From positions 256,001 through 320,000 of the forward strand of contig CAVQFQ010000004.1 in assembly GCA_963711835.1 (NCBI GenBank): DNA of 64,000 nucleotides, given 5' to 3'. How positions within the stretch are numbered: position 1 is the stretch's first letter; each line of letters starts with the position of its first letter. Origin of the DNA: an uncultured delta proteobacterium (GTDB taxonomy: Bacteria; Desulfobacterota; RBG-13-43-22). Below the pieces are notes generated by a model. That model was not told where the DNA came from, ran no database searches, and saw nothing but the letters and a program-made list of their open reading frames with translations. The translations under genes and the position numbers were made by a program. Of the stretch, positions 19,423-29,383 are shown in pieces.

Positions 19423-20040
19423 CTAGTAGTAAGTGGCATTCATGAGCTTGACCACCGCGAACCGGCGGTGATATTCAATGATGTTCAGACAGGCGTAGGC
19501 CTGTTCCATGAAAAACATATTTCTAAACCGCAATCCCAGGGCCTGGGCCAGAATGATCCGGTTCACTCCGGCGTGGGCCGCCAGCAGAAACTCTTTCCCC
19601 TGCTCCTCTTCCAGGACCTTTTTAAGCCGGCGCAGGACCCGGCTCCTGAATTGGCTCCAATTTTCCCCCTCCGGAAAACGGAATTTTTTCAAGTCGGAAA
19701 AATTGACCGGTGGGGTTTCGGGATATTGCTTTTTAATCTCCGCCCAAGACTTGCCGTCCCAGACCCCCATATCCATTTCCCGAAATTCAGGATAAGGGAT
19801 GGGGGTCAGACCCCGGCCCCGGCAGAGGAGTTCGGCCGAAGTTATGGCCCGTTTCAGATCGCTGGCATAGGCCCGATCCAAAGGAAAGGACTTAAGGTGG
19901 CGGGCCAGGGCTTGCACCTGCTTTTTCCCCTGGTCACTCAACCCCCAATCGGTAAAACCCAGAAAGGTCTTCTGCCCCTGGCTGACCACTTCACCATGAC
20001 GAACCAGAAAAAGACGGGTGGGTTTTTCCGGTTCAGCCAT
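19423..20040 (-). CDS. cobC: Alpha-ribazole phosphatase (histidine phosphatase family)
   Basis: LVRHGE, ASDLKRA, EMDMGVWDG, AHAG; follows cobS. Confidence 0.8.
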   Translation of the reverse strand: MAEPEKPTRLFLVRHGEVVSQGQKTFLGFTDWGLSDQGKKQVQALARHLKSFPLDRAYASDLKRAITSAELLCRGRGLTPIPYPEFREMDMGVWDGKSWAEIKKQYPETPPVNFSDLKKFRFPEGENWSQFRSRVLRRLKKVLEEEQGKEFLLAAHAGVNRIILAQALGLRFRNMFFMEQAYACLNIIEYHRRFAVVKLMNATYY

Positions 20041-20785
20041 GGTGTGGGACCTTCAGGATATAAAGCATCCCCCAGACTTCGCTGGTTTCTATAACCGCGC
20101 CCATAATATCACCGGTAATGCCCTGCAGTTTTCTTGAAGCAAGCCAACCGCAAGCCAGGCTCCAGACAGTACAAAGAAATATTAATCCCAAGGCCCCCAC
20201 CCCGGCGATGACCAGGCCGAAACCCAGGGCCATCAACGAGGCCGCCAGGAATTCCTTTTTACCGCTGCCTTCAACCAAGGCCCGGCCCAAGCCCCCTTCC
20301 GGCCGGGCATAAGGAAAGAAAAAACCCAGGAGGACCGGGGTCCAGCGACTCACCAGAGGCAGCATGATAAGCCAGGGCATCAGGGCCGGGAAGGAAAGAA
20401 TCTCCTTTAACAAAACATATTTAAGTCCTAAAACCAAAATAAGGCCGACCAGGCCCATGGTCCCGATATGCACATCCTTCATAATACGCAGCCGTTCCTG
20501 GGGCGTTTTTCCGGCATAAAAACCATCCAGGGCATCGGCCAGGCCATCCAGATGCAAGGCCCCGGTCAAGATCACCCAAAAAGCCAATAACAATCCTACC
20601 GAGACCGAGAGGGGGAAAAGCGAATCGACCAAAAGAAAGAAACCCCAGAACAGCCCACCCAGAAGCAGTCCCACCAGAGGGTAATATCGGACCGAAGCCC
20701 CTACTTGGGTCTGGTCCGGCCGGGCAGCGGAACGGCCGGCCGGGATAATGGTTAAAAAACGTATGGCCAGCAGGAAGGCCTTCAT
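20033..20785 (-). CDS. cobS: Adenosylcobinamide-GDP ribazoletransferase
   Basis: FLTIIP, TGALHLDGLADALDG, MKD..IG.MG, GITGDIMGA. Confidence 0.95.
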   Translation of the reverse strand: MKAFLLAIRFLTIIPAGRSAARPDQTQVGASVRYYPLVGLLLGGLFWGFFLLVDSLFPLSVSVGLLLAFWVILTGALHLDGLADALDGFYAGKTPQERLRIMKDVHIGTMGLVGLILVLGLKYVLLKEILSFPALMPWLIMLPLVSRWTPVLLGFFFPYARPEGGLGRALVEGSGKKEFLAASLMALGFGLVIAGVGALGLIFLCTVWSLACGWLASRKLQGITGDIMGAVIETSEVWGMLYILKVPHHG

Positions 20786-21327
20786 TTTTTAAGGACCAGG
20801 GGGAGGCCGGCCACCATCAGGATCACCTGATCGGCGATCCGGGCTATGGCCTGGTGCAGGCGGCCGATTTCATCCCGATAAGTGCGGGCCAGGGGATATT
20901 CCGGGACAATACCCCAGCCGACTTCATTGGTTACGATTAAAAGCGGGGCCGGATACCCTTTAAGGAGTTCCAGAAAGGCCTGAATTTCCTTGGCCGGGTC
21001 GGCCGGCTGTTCCTGGCCGTGTCCGATCAGGTTATTCAGCCAGAGGGTCAGGCAATCAATAATCAGGATGGAAAATTGTCCGCGGATTTTTTGGAGTAAG
21101 GCGGCCAAGGCCAGAGGTTCTTCAAAGGTCCGGAAGGCCTGCCCTCTTTCCAGCCGATGACGACGGATTCTTTCAACCATCTCATCGTCCAGAGCCGGGG
21201 CGGTGGCCAGGTAAGCGCGAGGCGGAGGATGGTCCATGGCCCAGTTTACGGCCAAGCGGGTCTTGCCGCTTCTTACCGGGCCGGTGATCAGGGTCAGGCG
21301 GGCTTGGGGGTTGATTTGGGTATCCAA
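20782..21327 (-). CDS. cobU: Adenosylcobinamide kinase/guanylyltransferase
   Basis: ITGPVRSGKT, YLATA, EMVERIRRH, DCLTLWL, VTNEVGWGIVP, VAGLP. Confidence 0.95.
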   Translation of the reverse strand: MDTQINPQARLTLITGPVRSGKTRLAVNWAMDHPPPRAYLATAPALDDEMVERIRRHRLERGQAFRTFEEPLALAALLQKIRGQFSILIIDCLTLWLNNLIGHGQEQPADPAKEIQAFLELLKGYPAPLLIVTNEVGWGIVPEYPLARTYRDEIGRLHQAIARIADQVILMVAGLPLVLKK

Positions 21328-21431
21328 AAATAAAAATCCTTAAGCTCTTTTTCTGAACTTAAGGATGGCACCCAGTTTACTTGATCCATTAAGTTGAATC
21401 CCGGCGCTCCACGCACCCAGGGATCCTTTGG

Positions 21432-21613
21432 ATAAAGGCAGGTCTTCTGACTCCCCCGCCCTTCTAACGGCCTTCCCATCCCGCTTCAGCGAAACAGTGG
21501 CCCTATCAAGGTTAGAAAGGTTCCTGCTCAGTCGCGAGCAGGCGGGGTTACAGCGGCGGGACCGTGACGGCCTGAAACCGTCTTCCCTATTAAGCCCTTT
21601 ACGGCACCTTTAT
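21432..21613 (-). ncRNA. Cobalamin riboswitch upstream of cobU
   Basis: Minus strand: AGGTGCC...TAATAGGGAA...CCCGCCGCTGTAA...GCCACTG...GGGAAGGC...AGTCAGAAGACCTGCC. Confidence 0.92.
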
Positions 21614-21622
21614 AAGTCAGGA

Positions 21623-21650
21623 ATTATACAAAAATAAATAAAGATGTCAA
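21623..21650 (-). promoter_or_regulatory. Sigma70-type promoter of the cob/btu operon
   Basis: Minus strand TTGACA-N16-TATAAT just upstream of the riboswitch. Confidence 0.7.
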
Positions 21651-21748
21651 TGAAATTCTTTTGTTTTGAAGATTCTGACTTGACTTTTATAATCGAGGGT
21701 ATAAAGTTCCGTTGAACATTCCGGAATTGCTCCCTAAGTAGGACTATC

Positions 21749-22663
21749 ATGCTCTTATTTAAACGAAACTTGGCCGGCTTCATTTTTATATCCCTCCTTC
21801 TTCTTCCCTGGATCGGCTGGGCCGGCGGGGCCTATCCCTATCGATTTCCCGATCCGAAAATGAGATTCGATCCCAATGCCAACACCGTCATCGGCCTGCC
21901 CGGCGAGTATATCATCAAAGAAAAGGATACCCTTTTGGATGTGGCCCGGGATCACGGCCTGGGATTCAATGAACTGGAGATCTTGTACCCCGAATTGGAT
22001 CCCTGGGTCCCCCCCCGGGGAATGAAATTAATTATCCCCAGCCAGTGGGTCCTACCCCCAACCCAGAAGTACGGAATCGTCATCAATATCCCGGAAATGC
22101 GGCTTTATTATTTTTTTAAATCCATCCGGATGGTTCGGACGTATCCGATCGGCATCGGAGATCTGGGCTGGTTTAGCCCGGAGGGGACCTTCTGGGTTGC
22201 CGAAAAACGCCCCAAACCAACCTGGTACATCCCCGAATCCCTCCAGGAAAAATACGGGATGAAGCAAATGGCTCCGGGTCCGGATAACCCGCTGGGCGAT
22301 TATTGGCTGGGATTGTCGATCTCGGGCTACGGGGTCCACGGGACCAATTTCCCCTGGGCTGTAGGCCGGTTGGTTACCCACGGCTGTATCCGGCTTTATC
22401 CGGAGGACATCGCCAAACTATTTCCCATGGTAGCGGTTAAAACCCCGGTTGAAATGATCTATGAACCGGTAAAATTAGGCCTCCAGCACGGCCGGCTCTT
22501 CGTGGAGGTCCATCCGGATATCTATGGAAAGATACCCGATTTCCTGGAGTACGGATTGACCAAGATCCAGGCCTCGGGTTGGGCAGCCAGGGCGGACCGG
22601 GACCTTTTCTTAAAGGCCCTGGAGGAAAAAAAAGGCCTCCCGATAGACATAACCGAAGATTAG
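21749..22663 (+). CDS. L,D-transpeptidase (ErfK/YbiS-like)
   Basis: Signal peptide, LysM-like region, INIPEMRLYYF, PGPDNPLG, HGT...THGCIRL catalytic His/Cys. Confidence 0.92.
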   Translation: MLLFKRNLAGFIFISLLLLPWIGWAGGAYPYRFPDPKMRFDPNANTVIGLPGEYIIKEKDTLLDVARDHGLGFNELEILYPELDPWVPPRGMKLIIPSQWVLPPTQKYGIVINIPEMRLYYFFKSIRMVRTYPIGIGDLGWFSPEGTFWVAEKRPKPTWYIPESLQEKYGMKQMAPGPDNPLGDYWLGLSISGYGVHGTNFPWAVGRLVTHGCIRLYPEDIAKLFPMVAVKTPVEMIYEPVKLGLQHGRLFVEVHPDIYGKIPDFLEYGLTKIQASGWAARADRDLFLKALEEKKGLPIDITED

Positions 22664-22668
22664 TTTTT

Positions 22669-23062
22669 GGGATAATCCCAAAGTTACGTGATTCTCAAAC
22701 CGAAGGGGTAGCGCCTTAAAATATTAAATCACCCCAAAGGGCTTCAGGGGTCTTGATTTTAAGGATTGTCCGCCAAAACGCCGGCAGCCTGAACCCGGGC
22801 AGGAAGTTTATAATGGGGTTTAGAAGCAGGCCAACACCAAAGTCCCGCCTTCGGCGGGATGAATGCCCGGCTCCCAACCAACTTAGTCCGCCGCGGCGGA
22901 CGGGCCGGGTTCTTCGCATCCAAAACAATGCTCAGTCCCACTCCTGCGGAGTGGATCCCTGTTTGGGGCTCCGGATACCCTTGCGGACAACCTTGAAATC
23001 AAGACCCCTGAAGCCCTCGACGAATGGAGTGCTTAAAATTCACGTAACCTTGGGACAAACTC
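22669..23062. mobile_element. MITE family 1, copy 1 (complete)
   Basis: Imperfect ~25-bp TIRs GGGATAATCCCAAAGTTACGTGA / TCACGTAACCTTGGGACAAACTC; 8-bp direct repeat TAGTTTTT on both sides; inner hairpin core 22738-23017. Confidence 0.88.
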
Positions 23063-23180
23063 TAGTTTTTTTTCTTGACAAAGCGGGTTTTTTGTCTTTT
23101 ATTAATTAGGATTAGTTTTAGATACATGTTATAATAATTTATAGAGATTTTTTGTATTTTAGGAGAGGAGGTGAATAAGG

Positions 23181-23543
23181 ATGATCCGAAAGGGATTGGC
23201 TTTAAAAACCGTTTTACTTGTGTCGTTAGTTTTTGCGATGTTTGCTTTTACAACAGGCTGTGGCTGTTTCATAGAGGCTACCGCCGAACCTCCTAAGGCT
23301 GCACCGGCTCCTGCACCTGTGGTACAAGCAGCTCCCGCCCCTGTGGTGGATTGCAGCTCCTGCGAGTCTATCGTCAAACGAGCCGAGGCTGCCGCCAGCA
23401 TGGCTGAGGCCTCTGCCAAGAAGGCCGAATTAGCCGCTCAGAAGGCCGAAGCCGCCGCCGGCAGAGCCGAAAAAGCCGCTGAAAAGGCCGAGGCCGCCGC
23501 TAACAAAGCCGAGGCGATTTTTATGAAAAAAATGAAAAAGTAA
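23181..23543 (+). CDS. Alanine-zipper (Lpp/OprI-like) lipoprotein
   Basis: Lipobox-like FTTGC, Pro/Ala linker, AxKAExAA heptads, C-terminal KKMKK; GAGGAGG RBS. Confidence 0.75.
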   Translation: MIRKGLALKTVLLVSLVFAMFAFTTGCGCFIEATAEPPKAAPAPAPVVQAAPAPVVDCSSCESIVKRAEAAASMAEASAKKAELAAQKAEAAAGRAEKAAEKAEAAANKAEAIFMKKMKK

Positions 23544-23553
23544 CTGTTTTACG

Positions 23554-23600
23554 AAAACAAAAAGGCCGACAGGAAGAAACTCTGTCGGCCTTTTTGTTTT
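23554..23600. terminator. Rho-independent terminator (bidirectional)
   Basis: AAAACAAAAAGGCCGACAG-loop-CTGTCGGCCTTTTTGTTTT. Confidence 0.85.
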
Positions 23601-23711
23601 CCGGGCCGGGAAACAGCTTCCAGCCCCTGGTGGCCCCTTTATCCGGTTTGACCCTGAGAGCAGGGAATGATAGAATAAGAAGTTGAGGATTGATGCTGCT
23701 CATCCGGATAT

Positions 23712-25625
23712 ATGAATTTAATTTTGGAGACTATTCTGAAAGACCTTTATGATGTCATCGTCGTCGGGGCCGGCCATGCCGGCTGTGAAGCCGCCCTGGC
23801 CGCATCGAGGATGGGCTGCTCGACACTGCTGCTGACCATAAACGTGGACCATATCGGGGCCCTGTCCTGCAATCCGGCTGTCGGAGGCCTGGCCAAAGGG
23901 CACCTGGTAAAGGAAATTGATGCCCTGGGCGGAGAAATGGCCAAAAATATTGATGCCGCCGGGATTCAATTTCGCCGCTTAAATACCCAGAAAGGCCCGG
24001 CGGTCTGGTCTTCCCGGGCCCAGGCCGACATGGAGGACTACAAACAAAGACTGCGCTGGGTGATTGAAAATCAGCCCGGTCTGGACCTCAAACAGGGAAT
24101 GGTTGAATCCCTCTGGGTGGAAAATGGCCGGATCAAGGGACTGCGCACTGATTTAGGCCTCACCTTCCAGGCCAGGACCGTAATCCTGACCACCGGCACC
24201 TTCCTCCGGGGGTTGATTCACATCGGTTTCAACCAGTTCCCGGCCGGCAGGCTGGGCGACCCAGCCTCCCAAAATCTTTCCGAAGCCCTGAGGACCTTGG
24301 GCTTGGAACTGGGCCGGCTTAAGACCGGGACCACCCCTCGTTTGCAGGGCAAAACCATTGATTTTCAATCCCTGGGAGTTCAGGGAGGCGATGAGCCCCC
24401 GGTCCCCTTTTCCTTTTCTACCGAAAGCCTTTCTTTGCGCCAGGTGCCTTGCTACATCACCTATACCCAGACCCGAACCCATGAACTGATTCGAGCCAAT
24501 CTGGACCGCTCGCCCCTTTACAGCGGCCGGATTAAGGGTACCGGGGCACGCTACTGCCCATCCATCGAAGACAAAATAGTCCGCTTTCCCGACAAGGTCC
24601 GGCATCAAATATTCCTCGAGCCGGAAGGCCGCCGGACAACGGAGTACTATCCCAACGGCATCCCAACCAGCCTGCCGGTGGATGTCCAGTTGGCCATGCT
24701 TCGTTCCATCCCCGGATTGGAACAGGTGGAAATGGTCCGGCCCGGTTATGCCATCGAGTACGACTACGTCTTCCCCACCCAGTTGAAACCGACCCTTGAA
24801 GTCAAGGGCCTGTCTGGACTCTATCTGGCCGGCCAGATAAACGGGACCTCGGGTTACGAGGAGGCAGCCGCTCAAGGTCTGATGGCCGGTATCAATGCCG
24901 CCTTATGGATTCGGGAAAGGTCTCCACTTATCTTAAGGCGATCCCAGGCCTATATCGGGGTCCTGATCGATGACCTCATTACCAAAGGGACCAAAGAACC
25001 TTACCGGATGTTCACCTCCCGGGCCGAATACCGTCTCCTGCTCCGGGAGGACAATGCCGATCTTCGCCTAACCGATCTGGGCCGCAACCTTGGTCTGATC
25101 GAAGAGGAGCGCTACGAAAAATTCAGCCGAAAGAAGGAGCAGCTCCGGAAAGGCTGGGAACTTATCAGCCAAGTCACGGTCTCACCAACACCCGAACATA
25201 ACGGCCTTCTGCAAGGCTTGGGGAGTCAGCCGCTCCGCAAACCGGCCTCTCTCAAGGAACTACTCAGACGCCCGGAGTTGCACTGGGAGGCCTTATTTCC
25301 TTTTTATCCCGAGCTGGACCGGATCGAATCCAAGGTAGCCGAGCAACTGGCCATCCAGGCCAAATATGAAGGTTATCTGCAGCGGCAGGAAGAACAGGTG
25401 CAACGCGCCGAAAAAAATGAACAGCTTCTTATCCCCTGCGATCTGGACTATCAAGGTCTTTCCGGTCTATCGAACGAGATCAAAGAAAAACTGCAGACCA
25501 TTCGCCCCCTTTCCCTGGGACAGGCGGCCCGCATTGCCGGGGTGACCCCGGCCGCTATGGCCATCCTTCAGATTCATATAAAAAAATGGAAGGGCCGGGC
25601 GCCCTCAACCACCAGCCAAGGATGA
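23712..25625 (+). CDS. mnmG: tRNA uridine-5-carboxymethylaminomethyl synthesis enzyme MnmG (GidA)
   Basis: [63 protein letters not shown]. Confidence 0.97.
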   Translation: MNLILETILKDLYDVIVVGAGHAGCEAALAASRMGCSTLLLTINVDHIGALSCNPAVGGLAKGHLVKEIDALGGEMAKNIDAAGIQFRRLNTQKGPAVWSSRAQADMEDYKQRLRWVIENQPGLDLKQGMVESLWVENGRIKGLRTDLGLTFQARTVILTTGTFLRGLIHIGFNQFPAGRLGDPASQNLSEALRTLGLELGRLKTGTTPRLQGKTIDFQSLGVQGGDEPPVPFSFSTESLSLRQVPCYITYTQTRTHELIRANLDRSPLYSGRIKGTGARYCPSIEDKIVRFPDKVRHQIFLEPEGRRTTEYYPNGIPTSLPVDVQLAMLRSIPGLEQVEMVRPGYAIEYDYVFPTQLKPTLEVKGLSGLYLAGQINGTSGYEEAAAQGLMAGINAALWIRERSPLILRRSQAYIGVLIDDLITKGTKEPYRMFTSRAEYRLLLREDNADLRLTDLGRNLGLIEEERYEKFSRKKEQLRKGWELISQVTVSPTPEHNGLLQGLGSQPLRKPASLKELLRRPELHWEALFPFYPELDRIESKVAEQLAIQAKYEGYLQRQEEQVQRAEKNEQLLIPCDLDYQGLSGLSNEIKEKLQTIRPLSLGQAARIAGVTPAAMAILQIHIKKWKGRAPSTTSQG

Positions 25626-25673
25626 CAGCTTGGCAAGCGGTTATCTTCAACAAACCGGGAAACCCTGAACAAG

Positions 25674-25785
25674 GATATTTCAATTTTTTTCCCAAGTCTT
25701 GAAGAAATGGTGTTGGGGGGTCCCCCCCAAACACCTGGTTTTGAAAAATTAGAGATAAATTCTCAGACTAAGAGATGAAAGGATC
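25674..25785. mobile_element. Shell-2 element lacking the core interior (empty or deleted form)
   Basis: Reverse complement aligns to both flanks of 15838-16136; centre reduced to the hairpin GGTGTTGGGGGGTCCCCCCCAAACACC. Confidence 0.7.
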
Positions 25786-25800
25786 TGAACAGGAAACTAT

Positions 25801-25829
25801 TTGACAACCTCCCTAATTTATTCTATGTT
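25801..25829 (+). promoter_or_regulatory. Sigma70-type promoter
   Basis: TTGACA-N17-TATGTT upstream of the OYE gene. Confidence 0.5.
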
Positions 25830-25959
25830 TAACTCTCTAACCCGTTGGCATCGTTCAAAAGTTTGGGCATTATATTTCTGCTACCCGATGGAAGGGGACC
25901 GGAGGTCTCGCTTCCGTGTGCGCATTCAAGCAACCGTTTCTTAAGAGGCTCTCAGAAAC

Positions 25960-27939
25960 TTGTTAAAAAAACTTTTTGAACCCCTTCCCATAGGCCCCAT
26001 CACCCTTTCCAACCGCATTGTCATGCCTGCTCTGGGGACGAACTTTGCCGGTTCAAAAGGCGAAGTTACCCCGCGATTAATCCATCACTACCAGGCCCGG
26101 GCCGCCGGGGGAGCCGGTTTGATCATCGTCGAGGGTACGGCGGTCCACCAAACCGGGAGGGGCTTTCTCTATCAGTTATCAATTGATCGGGATGAACTGA
26201 TTCCTTCCCTGAAACAACTGGTTCAGGCCGTCCAGGGACAGGGAGCCAAGATCTTTATCCAATTGCATCATGGCGGCCGGAACACCAACTCCCGGATTTC
26301 AGGGACCCAGCCCTGGGCCCCTTCCGCCGTCCCCAGTCCCGTGGGTCAGGAAACCCCCAAGGCCATGACCCTGGAAGAAATTCAGGAGATTATCCGGGCC
26401 TTTCTTGAGGGAGCCCGAAGGGCAAGGGAAGCGGGTTTCGACGGGGTGGAGCTTCATGGAGCCCACGAATATCTTCTGAGCCAGTTCTTGTCCCCTTACA
26501 GCAATTTCCGTCAGGACGCCTACGGGGGAAGCCTGGAAAACCGTTTACGCCTGTCCCGGGAAATTATCCAGGGGATCCGAAAAGAACAGGGGGAGAAGTT
26601 TCTGATTTCCTTTCGCCTCAGCGGGGATGAGATGGTATCCAAAGGCATGCACCTTCCGGAGTCCCTGAAAGCCGCCCGGGCCCTGACCGGCTATGGGGCC
26701 GATCTGATTAATGTTTCCGGAGGGGTATATGAAACCCCGCACCTTATTATCCCTCCTGCCCCTTTTCCCCAGGGGGTCCACATCCCTCTGGCAGAGGCCA
26801 TAAAAAAGGCCCTTTCTGTTCCGGTGATCGGGGTGGGCAGAATAATCCACCCGGAGTTTGCCGAAGCCGTCCTCAATTCGGGGCAGGCCGATCTGGTGGC
26901 CATCGGCCGGGGTTTGATTGTCGATCCTGAATGGCCCCAAAAAGCCCGAACCGGCAGCTTCGAGGATATCCGGTTCTGCGTGGGCTGCAACCAGGGCTGC
27001 ATCGATTTTTTGATGGCCGAGCGGCCCATAACCTGCCTTTACAATCCGGGTGTAGGTAAAGACCGGGAATTCAGTTTGCTTCCCGCCCGCCACCCCGGCA
27101 CCATGGTTGTGGTTGGTGCGGGCCCGGCCGGACTCGAAGCCGCCGTGACCTTAGATGAGATGGGCCACCGGGTCTATTTGTTCGAAAAACGGGATCGCCT
27201 TGGGGGGCAGGTCGGAACGGCCCTGATCGCACCGGGCAAATCCGAATTCCAGGAAATAATTCGCTACTACCAGAGGAAGTTGGAGAAATCCGGGATCCAG
27301 CTTTTTCTGAATACCAAGCCGACCATTGAAACCATCCTGGACCTGACCCCTGATTTTGTGGTGATTGCCACCGGTTCAATGCCGGTCGATCCCGACCTTC
27401 CCGGCCTGCAAGGGAAAGAGGTGCTTTCCATTGAAACCGCCCTGACCCAGCCGGAAAAAGTAGGGGAGAAAGTGGTGGTTTTAGGAGGGGGAAACGCCGG
27501 CTGTGAAGTGGCGGACTATTTATCTCTGTCGGGCCGGAAAGTCACCATCATGGAAATGGGCAACCGGATGGCCCGGGATGTCGGTCCGGCCAGACGGTAC
27601 CTCCTTATGCGGCGCCTTCGGGAGAACAAAGTCAAAAATTTTATCCGCTGCCGTATCAAGTCGCTTTCTTCCGGTCAAGTCACTTATATCAGAGAGGAAA
27701 AAGATGGCCACCGTTCCATGAGGACTTTGAACGGTCAGGATACCTTCGTCAATGCCCTGGGGGTGAAGTCGAACGATATTCTGGCCGCACCGTTAAAAGC
27801 AAGGGGAATTCAAATAGATATCATCGGGGACGCCTTAAGTCCGGGCAAAATTTTGGATGCCGTGGCCGAGGGGGCCCGGGTCGCCAGAGAGATTTACGGA
27901 AAAATGGAAGCCAAAAATAAGGCCAACAAAAACACTTGA
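25960..27939 (+). CDS. Multidomain old-yellow-enzyme family oxidoreductase (FMN, 4Fe-4S, FAD; 2,4-dienoyl-CoA reductase-like)
   Basis: NRIVMP, FDGVELHGAHEYLLSQFLSP, CVGCNQGC...C, GAGPAG, GGGNAG. Confidence 0.9.
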   Translation: MLKKLFEPLPIGPITLSNRIVMPALGTNFAGSKGEVTPRLIHHYQARAAGGAGLIIVEGTAVHQTGRGFLYQLSIDRDELIPSLKQLVQAVQGQGAKIFIQLHHGGRNTNSRISGTQPWAPSAVPSPVGQETPKAMTLEEIQEIIRAFLEGARRAREAGFDGVELHGAHEYLLSQFLSPYSNFRQDAYGGSLENRLRLSREIIQGIRKEQGEKFLISFRLSGDEMVSKGMHLPESLKAARALTGYGADLINVSGGVYETPHLIIPPAPFPQGVHIPLAEAIKKALSVPVIGVGRIIHPEFAEAVLNSGQADLVAIGRGLIVDPEWPQKARTGSFEDIRFCVGCNQGCIDFLMAERPITCLYNPGVGKDREFSLLPARHPGTMVVVGAGPAGLEAAVTLDEMGHRVYLFEKRDRLGGQVGTALIAPGKSEFQEIIRYYQRKLEKSGIQLFLNTKPTIETILDLTPDFVVIATGSMPVDPDLPGLQGKEVLSIETALTQPEKVGEKVVVLGGGNAGCEVADYLSLSGRKVTIMEMGNRMARDVGPARRYLLMRRLRENKVKNFIRCRIKSLSSGQVTYIREEKDGHRSMRTLNGQDTFVNALGVKSNDILAAPLKARGIQIDIIGDALSPGKILDAVAEGARVAREIYGKMEAKNKANKNT

Positions 27940-28075
27940 CAAGCTTAAATCCTTGGAGCATATTAAAATCCGTTTTAAATTAGATGGGTTAAGTCAGGTA
28001 AGGACCAACGGTCAAAAACTCTCGGGGGATTTCAATCGGGTCTGAAGGGTCCCGATAAAGGAAAGGAGATTACCT

Positions 28076-28363
28076 ATGGCCCTGACCAAGGAAAAGATTA
28101 TTGCCTCGGTCTATGAGACGATCGGCTTTAGTAAAAGCCAGTCGCGGGATGTGGTGGAACAATTATTGGAAATTATGAAAAAAGGTCTGGCCAGTGAAGA
28201 GAATGTCTTGATCAGCGGTTTCGGCAAGTTCGTGGTAAAAAGGAAAAGGTCCCGACGGGGCCGGAATCCCCAGACCAACCAGGACCTGCAACTCAAGGCC
28301 AGGAAAGTAGTGGTCTTTAAGACCTCCGGGGTGTTGCGTAAAAAGATTAATGAGGGCGGCTAA
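28076..28363 (+). CDS. ihfA: Integration host factor subunit alpha
   Basis: MALTK, ISGFGKF, GRNPQT, ARKVVVFK.SG.LR. Confidence 0.88.
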   Translation: MALTKEKIIASVYETIGFSKSQSRDVVEQLLEIMKKGLASEENVLISGFGKFVVKRKRSRRGRNPQTNQDLQLKARKVVVFKTSGVLRKKINEGG

Positions 28364-28416
28364 AGAGAACTGGTTCGGCCTTTCCTGACCCTGAGAGCCT
28401 TAACCTTTACTGCCTT

Positions 28417-29235
28417 TTACTGGGCAATGACCATGACTTGGCTAAACCCTTTTCCCTCTAATTCCTTTTGTAAACGAAGTGCTTCCTGAAGTTGACCGGA
28501 GCTGTTGACCCGGACCCGGAAAAAGGTATCTCCTGAACGATCCGTTTGCGAGATCTCCACCCTGGCATACTCTTTCAGAAGTCTGTCCTGCAGGCGTCGG
28601 GCATTTTGGAGTTCTTTAAAGGCCCCGACCTGAACGGTAAAATCTCCCAGTTGAAAATCAACCTGCTGAACCAAACGAGTGACTTTTTGCCCGTTCTCCT
28701 CCACCTCTTCCAAAATCCCTAAGGCTTCCAGTTCAATCCGGGTCGTACCCGGGCCGACCACGCCCAATTCCCGGGCACTCTTATAGGAGAGATCCAGGAT
28801 GCGCTCCTTTACAAAAGGCCCCCGATCATTTATGCGAACCAGGGTTTCCTTGTTATTAACCAGATTGCGCACCCGGACCTGGGTATTAAAGGGCAACAGG
28901 CGATGGGCGGCGGTGTCACCGTGCATGTCATAGATCTCCCCGGATGAAGTCGGTTTCCCATGAAAATCCGGACCATACCAGGAACAGACCCCTTGCTCCC
29001 GATAACCCTCCACCGAGGGGACCGGGAAATACCACTTCCCGTCAACGGCATAGGCTTTTTCTTTTCGATCCGTCTTTTTTACAACCGCCGGCGAGCTTTT
29101 AGGACTAGTCGCTGGGGCCGGGATCGACTGGGGAGCAGAGGTTGGACTCGAGGTCCGAAGGCCCTGCTTCGAACAGCCTGCCAGGAAAAAAATCGCCGAG
29201 AGAAGTAAGAATCCTTTAATATAAGCCAAACGCAT
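28417..29235 (-). CDS. rlpA: Septal ring lytic transglycosylase RlpA (DPBB plus SPOR) lipoprotein
   Basis: LAGC lipobox, SWYGPDFHG, TAAHRLLP, VRINDRGPF, VQVGAF. Confidence 0.92.
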   Translation of the reverse strand: MRLAYIKGFLLLSAIFFLAGCSKQGLRTSSPTSAPQSIPAPATSPKSSPAVVKKTDRKEKAYAVDGKWYFPVPSVEGYREQGVCSWYGPDFHGKPTSSGEIYDMHGDTAAHRLLPFNTQVRVRNLVNNKETLVRINDRGPFVKERILDLSYKSARELGVVGPGTTRIELEALGILEEVEENGQKVTRLVQQVDFQLGDFTVQVGAFKELQNARRLQDRLLKEYARVEISQTDRSGDTFFRVRVNSSGQLQEALRLQKELEGKGFSQVMVIAQ

Positions 29236-29383
29236 GATACCTATATTAGCAAAATTGGCAGGTTCTTTCAAAATAATTTTAACTTTCCTTGTAATGGTGG
29301 TATGATAGCTGCCTCAAACAGCAACCAAAGGAATTCCATCCTAATCCCTCAACCAGATAGGTCGTCCCTATAAAGTCACCGGA

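Noticed and set aside
22716-23109. Repeated small ORFs (MILRIVRQNAGSLNPGRKF..., also at 31923 and 48683)
   Set aside because: They are translations of the MITE; frames and lengths differ between copies and no RBS is evident.
25666-25793. TGAACAAG/TGAACAGG as a target duplication of shell 2
   Set aside because: The other shell-2 copy shows no matching duplication and homology seems to extend into this flank, so the element ends are uncertain.
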